Source of the DNA: Phoronis australis
Taxonomy: Eukaryota; Animalia; Phoronida
Direction: 5' to 3'
Length of the DNA stretch: 64,000 nt
NCBI GenBank assembly: GCA_002633005.1
Contig: NMRA01000090.1
Location: 978,736-1,042,735 of the forward strand
Both the position numbers and the translations under genes were made by a program. Positions 15,480 through 27,800 of the stretch are shown piece after piece. The notes below the pieces were generated by a model. That model saw only the letters and a program-made list of their open reading frames with translations, was not told the origin of the DNA and ran no database searches. The stretch's first letter is position 1. Each line of letters begins with the position of its first letter.

Positions 15480-15870
15480 AATCATAAACTACCGGGCACC
15501 GTATTCGTTCTCAGTAAAACCCCGGAGCTGTATTTATCTCATTGTAAAACCCTCTCTCTAGGGGGCGCTCTGCATAACGTATTGCATTTGATTTTGAGAG
15601 TATAAAGCTTACGTCTTCTTTCGGGCGCTGTTATATAGAATGTAGCTGACAGCCTTCATCAAAAACTTCTCTACCATTTATTTACTACAAAGTACAAAGG
15701 TAAATAACTTATTGTTTTGCTGAAGTCTTCGTAAGTAGCATATTCGTTTTTAAGGTTTTGATGGCCGCCGGAAACGGGGAACGTTATGCTGCATTAGTCA
15801 CTGGGAAAACCCAGGGTTTTCGGTAGAATCCAAACATTTAGTTTCATTTACTAACTAGGAAAAACCCATT
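15480..15870 (+). promoter_or_regulatory. Putative 5' end of the TIR gene: non-coding exon ending at 15699, with kappaB/AP-1-like sites in intron 1
   Basis: Donor aag|gtaaat at 15700; acceptor actaactag| at 15858; GGGAAAACCC at 15803-15812; ttagtca at 15794-15800; CTCF-like ctctagggggcgct at ~15556-15569. Confidence 0.45.
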
Positions 15871-15873
15871 GCA

Positions 15874-18800
15874 ATGCTCCTGTCTTTCCACCATGGCGTT
15901 GACATTGAAGGTACGTTTGTATAAAGCTAATCAAGTTACAGCCGAATTACAGAAGTCACATGTATGTGAATTGAAATAGTTTGTTTTTAAACGACGCAAA
16001 AGCCAGGCGACAGGGGAAACTAATTATAGACGTCATGAGTCACGACAGTTTGAGCCTTCCTTGTTTGCTACCGTTTCGTTACTCGCATCCGTTTTATATC
16101 AGTATTTCTCTTCCTGTTGAAGTCGTCAAATGTCAACCATACTGTGTACAGAGGGGCATACAGCTCAACTTGAGAGGATGATCTCTGTTCTAAAGTGCTG
16201 GCTTCGGAGTTCAGTGTTGTACAGCTGTCTAAACGGTGACCACCGTATCTAGATAGCCGCAGTAGAGATGGTGAAGCTTTTATAGGAGTTTCATATGCCA
16301 GAAGATTTTCGGCAAACTATGCCTCGCACGGATGTTCTCATAAGATACTTTTGGCGCATAGAGGGATAGACACATTAGGAGGCAGTCAACGTCTTAAATA
16401 ATTCTTTTGAACTCGAACAAATACGCCCAAAATGAAACATTTTCTTCAAGCAGGCCAGTTTTGATACTTGCGTGCAGTCTTAGCGATGACATAGGAGCGC
16501 GTGTACTTTAAAATGGCCTGTTGCCGATTTGAGCAACTGAACGAAGGACTGTTGGAGTTGGAAGGTTCCAAGGTGTCCCTCTATGCGCAAAAGGTACTTA
16601 CAATAACATGGTTTTGATGATTTAATCAGTGTGAGGCATAATTTGCCAAAAAGCTTCCGGCATAGGAGCTTCACCGTGGCCAGCTATAGACGGTGGTCAC
16701 TGTCTAACAGCTGTCTAGACAGTGCAGTAGAGATGCCATGATGCTCCCATAGGACCTTCATACAATGGAAGCTTTTCGATGAATTATGCCTCACACTGAT
16801 TAATCCATCAAAGTCACATTGATATATTATTACCATATGCACATAGAGAGGGACACCTCGGGAGGCCATGGATGTCTTTGATTCCTTCAAACTCGAAAGA
16901 ATACTCCCGTTATCAAGCTTTTTTCAAGCAGTCATCATTATGGTATTTCTTTGGCAATAATATCACGTGTGGATGTCCAAGGCGTAGAAGTGATGACCCT
17001 GTAATAGGAATTCTGAAACTGATTTACCAGGGCATCAGTGACATAAACAAGTACACCCTCGAAAATATGAGTACACTTATAAGTATAATATTGACGTTAC
17101 TCGTATTATTCGGTAGTATTTGAACAGACACAGAGCAGATGTTCTGCGTTTTTCATCACATTTGGCTAGTGTATGTCTGGAAAGAGTGCAGAATATGCTT
17201 GTATTGAGCACTGTTTCTGTTTTAAATTGATTCTAATAAAGAATACTAAACAATATGCAGTCTGGAAACAGTTTCCTTTGAAAAAAAGATTGGAATTGAT
17301 GGACACACTGACAAAACTGCAGTTATCTTCTTTTAATTTTTGTCTTAAAAATGCACTAATTATAGGTCATTGACCAAAATGTTGTTACCTTACTTTTTGT
17401 AAGAAAAGTTGTCTGTCAACAGATGTTATGAGCTATGCAATGCATCGCTGAAATGGAAAGGAATCATCCCAGTGAAAAGGGTTCAATCGATTTATTTTTG
17501 ATTGATAAAATGAAGGGTTCAAATTTAGAGCAATCTAAGGGGAAAACTCTACATGTTATATTTTTACTTTTGCTCGTAAGTTTTGAGACAAGAAGCTAAA
17601 AATGCTAGCTAGTTCATTTTAATGTGTCTTAAACATGTGAAAGTTTTTAACGTCTTTTTGACTTAAGCCAGTACACTGACAAATCTATTTCAATTTCCGT
17701 TTTGTCATGAACATAATGCAAATTATATAAGTCAGCTGACCAAAAGAAGAAGTTGAATGTGATGTTGGCATAAGAAAACAAGTCTGGCAGCAGACATTGT
17801 ATCATAGAAAACTGGTATGCCACATGGCGAAGTAAATTGCACTGGTAGTCATAGTTAGTAACATTGGAAGGGAAGACAAGTGTTAGTTCTTTATAATTTT
17901 CTAATTGTATACCTAGCAATCTAGCGCAAATCCCAATATTCAAATGAAAATTGAGGTCGCCAAAATTGAACTCTGATCTTGGCCGTTTTTTTTTTGCCAA
18001 ACAATTCTGTCTTCAGTCTGTTTACTTTCTCACGTAGTTTAAGTGCTTATTTGATGATATGTGCCAACTAATAGTGAAGGTGGAAAGTGTTGAGTTCACA
18101 AAATAATATGAACAGTTGTGAACCAAAGGTATTGTAATTAAAGTTTGGAAGTCCACACAACTTTTTAAACGGATTTTGCATGAATTATTGTCTGACTTTT
18201 ATACTTGCTGTGGTGCATTCATGGTGACTTGGGATTTTTCCAGGTCGGCAAACACAATCTGAAGTCGTATTGATGAGCTGCAGGTTGCAAAATCGAGCAC
18301 AGATATTGTAGATAGTCTAGCTCATCAATTTCATCCGGGTTCTAATGAGTTATGCATGAAACATCATTCCGGTAGTGACGCTCGTGAACCAGCTTGCCGA
18401 AGTCATTCGTGGCCATCATTGTTTAAAAGCACATCAGACTGTGTTTGCCACCAGAACTTTAATTTTCAGTCAGTTTGGAGTACTACAGCACCTCTAGTGG
18501 CCGTTTTGTGCGATTGTCCTGTTGTTCAGATGTCTGGTTGATATCTCATAAACCACAAGGGCATGCTAATGGTATTTGAAACAAGGGTATAAGGCATCAC
18601 TGAGCCAGTGCATGTGACTCTCAAATCAACCCTGCCCATCATGGCCAGAAGGGTAGGGCTTAGGAGTGTTTTTGAGCTGAAACGTTTTCGAATATCTGGA
18701 GAACGGATGTATAGCTTTAAGTTAGCTTTGTCTCAATGATTTGTGACGATAATGCATCAGCTCCAGTCAATTTTGAGTGCTCAGATTCGACCTTTGCAGA

Positions 18801-21800
18801 ACCCTTTAGTAGCCTGGTCTTTATCTATGGGGAGAGAGCTTTTCTGGAGAACCAATTGACCGCTTACACTGAGTCTTTACTTTCACATGTATTTAGTCTT
18901 ATCAACCAATCATCATTTTTGGCTTGAGACACTTTTTATGTTTCAGGGACTGTTTGTTTTTCCTCTGAACTGCACTAGTGTCTCCTGTCCTGGCCCACAA
19001 TGCAATGTGGTTCTCGCTTTTCACGTGAGTACCTGAGATTATGTTCTTTTTACAACTTTGATTTAATTTAATGTAGAATTTGTCACTTGACACAGACTTA
19101 TGGTTGCACAATTTAAAGAATAAACTAAAGAAATGGAAATCATTGTTTTGTTTCTTTATTAGGCCAAAACCCATAATTGGTTCTGGACTGGTTTTTTGAA
19201 AATGGAATTGGTGGACCGGGTTCAGTTGTTTTTTGAGTTGCTCACCATTTCAAGAAGGAAAATCCACGATCAAAAATCATGTGTGATTTTTTCATGCATT
19301 ACCTTAAGCAAATCAAGTCTTTTTACCCTTGCTTACGTACCTGGGGGCAGCTTTTGTTTGCTTGTCCGCTGTTATGTGCCCTCGTGTAGTAACACCGTGC
19401 AGGATGTTAATGAGATTTTGCAGAGGTGCTCCTAAAGGTGGATGAGCACAATTTTTGGAACCATATGATGACCACTGCGTCCCCTAGTAGCAATTTTATT
19501 TTACATTTCAGTAACTCAGTAACTATTGTATTCTCGGCATTTTTTCCATGATGAGATTTAATTATTTTTCTAATTGTGTGGAGTAAGGTCATATTTCTTT
19601 CTTGAGTCTTTAAGTCTTTTTCTCTGAGACAGACCCTTGGAGTATCTAACTATGTGTCTGTTACTTCCTTGTAGTCGACTCTGTGCAGCCTGTTGGTGAC
19701 AATCTTCTAGACAATGATGCAGGGTATGCTGTACCTGATCACAGAATGGTGCTTAACTCAGGTGAGTTTCCCTGGTTGGATGATGGAATTCGAATTGGGT
19801 GGTCTTAAAGGCGTTATATATCTGCATGTTATTAAGAGATAACATTTGGATTTTTATGTGTCCACATTGCTGTCATTTGTGTTCAGGTGTCCTGTGTCCA
19901 CTGCTGTATCTCCTGAATCCCTTGCCGTGGTAAATTGAGATTTCACAGATGTGCTCTCATCAAAATGACAACAGGACGAAGAATTTTCGAGCCGTCACAC
20001 TTCTGCTGTGTTCCCTATTGGCAATTTTAGTTTTTTACGTTTGTCTCTGTATCGTTGGAGTTCCTTGATGGATGTTCATGAAATCCGATCTTAGATATCT
20101 GTTAAGGTGTTGGCGATGCCTTCCCATTTTCGGACAGATTAGCCGTATCTTGCTTCACCTAATGACTCTGTTTCTAGGCACCCTGATAAGCAGAGTTCCC
20201 TTATGGTTTTTCATGAAATTTGGTAAATCAGTCTCTATTATGAAGACAACAATGCTTTGCAATTTTTGAAGAGATTTGATGGATTCTATCTGTGCTGCCT
20301 AATGGCCATTTTTATGCGCCCACATATTTATATGTGGACGCATTATGCCGTCATCTCTGTCCGTCCGTCCGTCCGTCCGTCCGTCCGGGCGGCGTCCGTC
20401 CGGCGTCCGGCGTCCGGCGTCCGCTGCTCTATCTCGAAAACCCTTTGACATACGTTCATGAAATTTGGCACATATGTTCCATTCATGAATGGGACGGCAT
20501 GTGCGAACTTTCGGACGGATCCGACTACCGGTGTGCCCCCTAGTGGCAATTTTAGTTTTTTACGCTTACCTTTGTATCTTCAAAAGTATTGAACGGATTT
20601 TCATGAAATTTGGTATGTAGGCACCTATTAGTGAGATGACGCTATCCTACTGTTTTCAGATGGATTCGACGTAGTTTGCGCCACCTAGTGGCCATTTTTA
20701 CTGTTTTCGAGTCTGTATTTTTGCGTCCACCCCTCTATCAACCAAACCGCTCAAAGGATGATTGTGAAAATTGGCGTGTATGTGCTTACTATAAGGAAGA
20801 CAGCTGACAATGATTTTCAGACGATTTGGACTACTGTGGCGCCTCCTAGTGGCAGTTTTGTTTTTTTGCGCCCATGGCTGTATCTCCCAAACCGTTTGCA
20901 GGATCTTTACTAAATTTAGCAAGTGTATTTATGTGATGTTGACAACGGACGATGACGACTTTAGGATGATTCTGATTACCGGTATGCCTCTAGTGGCAAT
21001 TTTAGTATTTGCCTCTAGTGGCAATTTTAGTATTTTACATTGACCTCTGTATTTTCATAGGTCTTCAGGTGTATACTTTGTGTTACTTCGTGACTGTGAA
21101 GGAAAAGTTCCTAGTAGAAATTTGTTTCTGGCATTCTAATGCTGTGCTAATCTCGTATGTTGGTAAATTTGTTTTTAATTCTATGTTTCTGTGGTGCTTT
21201 AAGCAACTGGTGTATAGGATGTGCTTGTATTATGAAGATTACTCACATTTTGCCCCTAGCCTATTGAGGAGACAATGACCATGCCTTTCCATTTTGCAAA
21301 GTATGCCCTCTACTGGCCACTTTATGGTACCAATAAACAACCCTAGAAGGATACCGTATGCGGTGCAATTGTGGGCGCATTTCAACGCTCCGCGTTGCTC
21401 TTGTTATTCTTTTTGAGCTCACCTGAGTCTATATCTGCCAAACTGCTCAAGATCAATATCAAAATTGGCAGATGTGATCCCATTGATAAGAGCACGGCTG
21501 ACATTTGATTTCATATTGGTCTGTCTACTTTGGCAGCCTCTAGTGCTACTGTCATATTTCATGGAATTCAGCAAATTCATTTTTCATTGGGATGACTACG
21601 CCTTCCCATTTTGAACAAGTTTGATGTGATATTTGTTGCATGTCTAAGTGGTTTTATCTGACAACCCTTAACATTTCTTGACTATCCTGACTGGCCCTGA
21701 ACTCAGAAGTTTATTTTTGGGACAAATATGTGGTGTGGGAACTTTTGCAGTTTTATGACAAAATCACAGATGGAAATTTCAAGTAAGAAATCCCTGCAGC

Positions 21801-24800
21801 TTGCTCCTTCAACTCATCGCTGCTAACTTTCTAGATCAAGATACACTTCCAATAATTTTGAAGAAATTAGAAAATTTTGTTGCACAAACAAAAAAGAGCC
21901 ACTATAAAATCGTTATAATTTGTTAACTTTGAAACTTAAAATGTGGTTCCGAATGCTTACGTACATTTTTTGGACAGTTGAAACTCCACTTGTGAGTCCG
22001 AATCCTGAACAAGTCGTGATGTACTAGTAACATCGTTGACAGAAATTCTAGCTGCTATTGCTTTGATCCCAGAAGTCAAGACAAATTATCATCAACATAT
22101 CTGTCTAAATTTTGCCTCAACCTAGCCCGACGGACACATCAGTGAGCATATGGGTAGCCCAGTGTGTCCTGGGTGGGGTACTGATCTTAAAACCCCTAAC
22201 ATTTGGTGGAGTCTTGCCCATTGTACTGGCTGGCACTATTACATGGCTATGACTCAAAGTGCATGGCAACGAATGGGAAAGTATCTCCATTTTATTAAAA
22301 AAAAAACAGGCAAACTTGCTTTCACAAAGAACCTGTTGACCAATAAGAGGGCTCCCGTGAATTTTAGCTCCAATGTTTTGTGTAATAGGCTCAACCATGA
22401 GGCCTGGGCACGTCTGATGCACTGCAAAAGACATCAGACCGTATGCAGTTTCTTTTTAAATTTCAGGGAGAATATTGCTCTTTCATTAAACTTTTTACTG
22501 CCAAATGAAAGACTAACATAAAGTAATTTTCTGATGTTGCAAATTGTCATTAGTGGCATTTTTATAGCTAAAACGTAGCAAACCAGATACAGTGGCCAAA
22601 AGCTGATATTGGCATTCATGTGGGTCATGTTTGAAGTCTCCAAAAAGTGACGTCAGTGAAAGAGTTGCAACGATGTCTAACTGGAAAGCATACAAAACTG
22701 GGGTTTTGACTACAAATGAATATTAACACCAAATTAACACTTAAATATTTGCATTAGAAGAATTCACTGAAGAACTTTGCCAGTCAGTCAGTTTGATTAA
22801 AGTTCGACGATTCTAAATACAATGGACAGTCATGTCTAACTCTTTGAGCGTAGTAATGATGGACAGTGGGATGAGGCTGTGTGTCTTGAACCACAGAATC
22901 CAGTTTGCGACACAATATAGATAAGTAGTAGCTGAACACTTGGGGAGAGGATACTAATTTCATGATATCTGGTGACTGAAAGAATGTATGAGGCATAGTT
23001 TGTGAACAAAAGGCAGCTGCGCTGGTCTAATTTTGGGGAAGCTATCGCTTTCTATGGTTATATACATCCTTACTCATTTTTCTCTGCAGGCGGAATGGCA
23101 GGTTTGAAGCCATTCTCCAGTCAATGCATTAGAAACCAATAACTGCAGTGCTTGCATTAATTCCAGCCATTAACTCAGGAGTAACGAATTATAGATTATT
23201 GTTATTTCCCATATCTTGACCCCAAGTGCGATTTTGAGGATTAGGGTAAATACCTGCTGAGCACGTGTACTAATTTATTTATCCACATCTTGACAATAAA
23301 CTCTTACAAAACTCACGAATATTTAAATGCAGCTATATGCAGCGTAGTGTATCAGCGTAGTGTATCAGCGTAGTATATCAGCGTAGTGTATCAGCGTAGT
23401 GTATCAGCGTAGTGTATCAGCGTAGTGTAGCAGCGTAGTGTATCAGCGTAGTGTATCAGCGTAGTGTATCAGCGTAGTGTNNNNNNTAGTGTATCAGCGT
23501 AGTGTATCAGTGTAGTGTATCAGCGTAGAGTGTGTGCGTAGTGTAGCAGCATAGTGTAGCAGCGTAGTGTAGCAGTGTAGTGTAGCAGCTAGTGTATCAG
23601 CATAGTGTATCAGCATAGTGTATCAGCGTAGAGTGTGAGCGTAGTGTAGCAGCATAGTGTATCAGTGTAGTGTAGCAGCGTAGTGTATCAGTGTAGTGTA
23701 TCAGCATAGTGTATCAGCGTAGTGTATTAGCGTAGTGTGTGTGCGTAGTGTAGCAGCGTAGTGTATCAGCGTAGTGTATCAGTGTAGTGTATCAGCGTAG
23801 TGTATCAGTGTAGTGTATTAGCGTAGAGTGTGTGCGTAGTGTAGCAGCGTAGTGTATCAGTGTAGTGTATCAGTGTAGTGTAGCAGCGTAGTGTATCAGC
23901 GTAATGTATCAGCATAGTGTATCAGCGTAGTGTATCAAATCAGACACTTGAGCGTCTTCTATCACGGAACATTGCAACATGTCCGTTACGTTTCCTGACA
24001 ACCGTTATCTCTCATGAGAGATAACTCTATGGGTTATTACCTTGTAGTTATTTACTGTTCAACTTCAAGCAGATAAATGCTAATATGATGAAAAAGGATT
24101 TCATTTCTATTTCATCAAAGTCTGTTTAAGCAACTTTTCTCATCAATCAACACAACTTTTTCAGTTTCCAGTGGATCTAGTGGGTATGCTTCAGATCTCA
24201 GCCGCCAGGTGTCTCAAGTCTCAAATGAGCCGGAAAACAATATTGTCGATAGCGTCAATGGTCCCTTTGGTGATAGCGAAGATGACAATGATCGCCCTGT
24301 AGATGGCATGGTTTTTTATGCTGCTCATGATTATGACGATGCTGAGAAATGGATTGAAGATATCAGGGAAAACGTCAAACTTAGAAATGGTAAGATTCTT
24401 GGCAGTTTGAGCATTGAACATTTCTCCTGTCATTGTGCAAAGTTAGAGAGAAGGCCTTTCCAAAATATTCCGTAATTGCTGACCTCTTAAAATTTACGTA
24501 TTGTTGTAACCAGCATAGCTTACTGTCAGGTTCAAGCTTGTGACTGCTTAAACTTCATTGGAAGAGTAAATATCGAAATTCAGTGCTTCACACTTAGCTT
24601 GACGCCAAGATCTGAAGGTGCATTTGACGACTTGGCAAAAATCGCAGGTCACCAAACAAAATCTGAGGTCGCCAAAAACTGACATTGAAATCGTCAAAAA
24701 AGGTCGTGCCATACTCCGTTCTTAGAAACTTTTGCTTACCTCTCCAATTTCTCCCCGAAAAAATGCGTACCATTTACTCTTTTACTCATATGCCACTGGA

Positions 24801-27800
24801 GATGAAACGCAGGCGATCGCATACACTGGAGGCACGTGTTTCACCGATCTTGCTCGATTTTTGCTGAACAATTCCGACATCTGTCTGTTTACTTCCTGTT
24901 GTAATTTAAGCACATGTTTAATGTTTAACGTGTGCTGACTGTTGTGATGGCAAATGCACTGATTTCATGAAATAAATGGAACAATTGTGAATCAAAGATA
25001 ATAAATCTAAGAAACCTGTTAGCAATTTAAAGTTTAGAAGTCAACACAACGGATTTTGGGGGAATTACTGTCTGACTTTGGTACTTGCAGTGGCGACTTT
25101 GTGGCGCCTTGGGATTTTTCCTAGGTCGCCAAAACACAATCTGAGGTCACATTGGGGACCTGCCGGTCACCAAATTGAGCACTAAAATTAAACCAAACCT
25201 TTTTTCAGGAAAACCTCCCGAATTTCGATTATTTGAAGTTAACTATGGAAAGAGCAAGTTTCATGAGCTGGATAAGGCAATGCGTCGCAGTACATACTGG
25301 TTGTTTTATTTGACATCAGAGCCGGACCCTTTTATTTTGAAAGCTCGTGACGAGTGCCTAGAAGAGGCCTTGTCAAACGAAGACCGTAGGTGGTCCATAA
25401 TACCGATTTTTACTGCACCAAAAGACAAGTTGTCAGTGCCTTCTGGTCTAAAGTCTATAGCTGGCATTTATACAGTTAGCACAAATATTAAATCTGTGTA
25501 TAGCAAGATGAAAAAGACATTCAATGAAAAACTCTACGAGAGGCTTGAGAGAGAGGAGCGTTGGAGGACTGAGAAACGGCAGACACAGATGAAAAAAGCA
25601 AACATGAAAAAGATGGATGAGATACTGGAACGGGAGAAAGCGAAAATTAAAAGAGATGATGAGTTGAGAGACAAGCAGATAGAATTTGAAAAGGAAATGA
25701 ATAAGGTTAAGCATAAACATGCGCAGATGGAGGCTGCTCGAAAGGAGGAACGGCGCAGGGAGCAGCAGAAGTTGGCAGCAAATCCAGTGATTGGTTCATC
25801 TGCAATGAGTGGTGTTCTGGTAATTTTGAGTCTTTGTTGGCATGTTTTTACGAAATTTTTCTCTTGTTATTCTCTTTTTCATTGCTATACTTGACGGTGA
25901 TTCCTTGAATGCATTGGTGATGTGTCAGGCATAGGAGCTGTTGCAGCTGATTTGAGTTGATTTCAAGTTGTGGCACATATCCTTGATGTATTCAATTTTT
26001 GCATCTTGTACAGTAAATTCCAATAACAGGCAGACAAAATGATGTGGAATTCTCTGTCAAAATGACTGAACTTAAGTGTAATAATGCCCCGTCATTACAG
26101 CTAAGTGCTAACGGGATTCACTGCCAGAGTGCCTGGAATGAACCGAAATGATGGGAAAACAAATTTTTGTCCAATTACTTCTGTGTAAGTCAACAATAAG
26201 TTTTCACCAATTCTAGTACGGTTCAAGGCAGCCCTGGCTGCTGTCAATTCTAGATTGCTCTGAGTCTTCTCATAATTTCGGAACAACACTCACTCTTTTA
26301 TTGACACATTGTGTATTAACCGTGATGTCAAAGTGAAGGCATGCACGCTACTGTAAGGGAGATATTTGTGAATTTTTTTAAGATTAGTGCAGACTGAGCT
26401 TTAGTGGTTGGATATGGTTGGTTGTGAGGACAGTTTGCATTGACTGCTGTTTCTGGTAAAGAACACCCTCAAATAATTCAACATGTCTATATTTTTCAGC
26501 CAAGAGAGACTCAATGGGATGGGGTGAGTGATCAACTCAACAGAGCTCCTGCTGATGTCAGGGGAGGTAACTCCCAGTCTTCACATTGTCACGCCAATGG
26601 AGCCTCAGACACCACTTGCACGGGTGAACGGGATGTGCCAGAGAGTCCTTTACATGGTACATATACATTAGTCACGATTGTTTTGATTTGTTAGAAGTGC
26701 TGGGCCCTCAATGCTTCGATTTTGGGACTGAATGTCGGTCCCATTCCCTTCTGAAAATATTTAAATTCATGAAAATCACCCCAATCAGGCCCAAACATTT
26801 CCCTGTGACAAATGATTAAAAGAATTCTCCTCAATAATGAATCACTTCTAACTCGGGCAGACTCTCGAATTCAAAAGGTTTTAATCTAAAATCTCCACTT
26901 CTAAAGCCGTGCCTTATTTGAGTTTACTGTCTCGATGTGGAGAACACAATAAAGATTAGTCTATCTCAAGTATAGGTGTGATCACATAGTGTTGAGCAAA
27001 GGAAGTCAAGACTGAATGTTGTGGCGACCAGGGCTGGAATTGGTGTTGATNGGAGGGGGGGTCTCTCTCAATAAAAAATTCTTTTCTCAGAAGGCACAGA
27101 CATCTCCCCCTTAGGTGGGCGTGAGTTTCTCATTGCGTAATTGCTGTTTTAATCTTATTTCTCGTCACTGCAAATTTATTTTGATGACAGTAACTAACTA
27201 CAATTAATATTATGTTAAAGACATTTTTCAGACTTGTTTGTTGCAACTTCCATGTTGCAGCTAGAGCACTGCTACAAGCAGACAACATTTTTGAAAAATT
27301 GTTGGCAACAACATATCAGAATAGCACTTGAAAAACGAGAAATGCAATTTTGCAATTATTTTTGTCCGAAATTGGTGAGATTTTACTGTACTAGGTCTAG
27401 AATAATTTTGCCTGATTACACACGAGTATGAACTCTTATTTAGGTTTACTGAGAGCCATTGAGCCAGCTGTTAAAGATGGTGGCAACCTAACGGTCAACA
27501 TAGAAAACCTGCAGATTGGGAACAACAACCAGGTGATGAAGACATCCTGTGGAGACACAGCAGGTGACAGGGACGGGGATGAGGATGTGGTGTACGTGCG
27601 TAAGGACACCAGCCATGACCCCCGGTGAGTCGGCGGCATCTGTGCTGGCATTAGCGCGTGGGTTACACATTGTCTCCTATTAATTACAGTAGCAAAGATT
27701 GTGGTTAAAAGTAGTCCTGAGAGCAATGGACTCTTACTGTAATTTCTCTGCCCTTTAATCATTCATTTGTGATTGTTGTCCAGCTCTTTGTTTTGTTGGC

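Noticed and set aside
15893-15910. ATG at 15893 (ccaccATGg, MALTLK) as the TIR gene start
   Set aside because: It has a perfect Kozak context but gives phase 0 at the 15910 donor, out of frame with the phase-1 downstream exons. ATG 15874 fits the frame. The 15893 ATG could only be an overlapping out-of-frame start.
20257-20549. Arg/Pro/Ser-rich ORFs (SVRPSVRP / RTDGRTDG)
   Set aside because: Translations of the (CCGT)n microsatellite inside the HINE.
23341-23937. Regular repeat array as a CRISPR array
   Set aside because: Head-to-tail 13-bp units with no unique spacers, no cas genes, and a eukaryotic intron context.
25175-25894. 239-aa ORF as a standalone single-exon gene
   Set aside because: It starts at a non-ATG codon within a transposon end. 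The true exon is 25209-25819, and the hydrophobic C-terminal 'TM-like' tail (VILSLCWHVF...) is intron read-through past the gtaatt donor.
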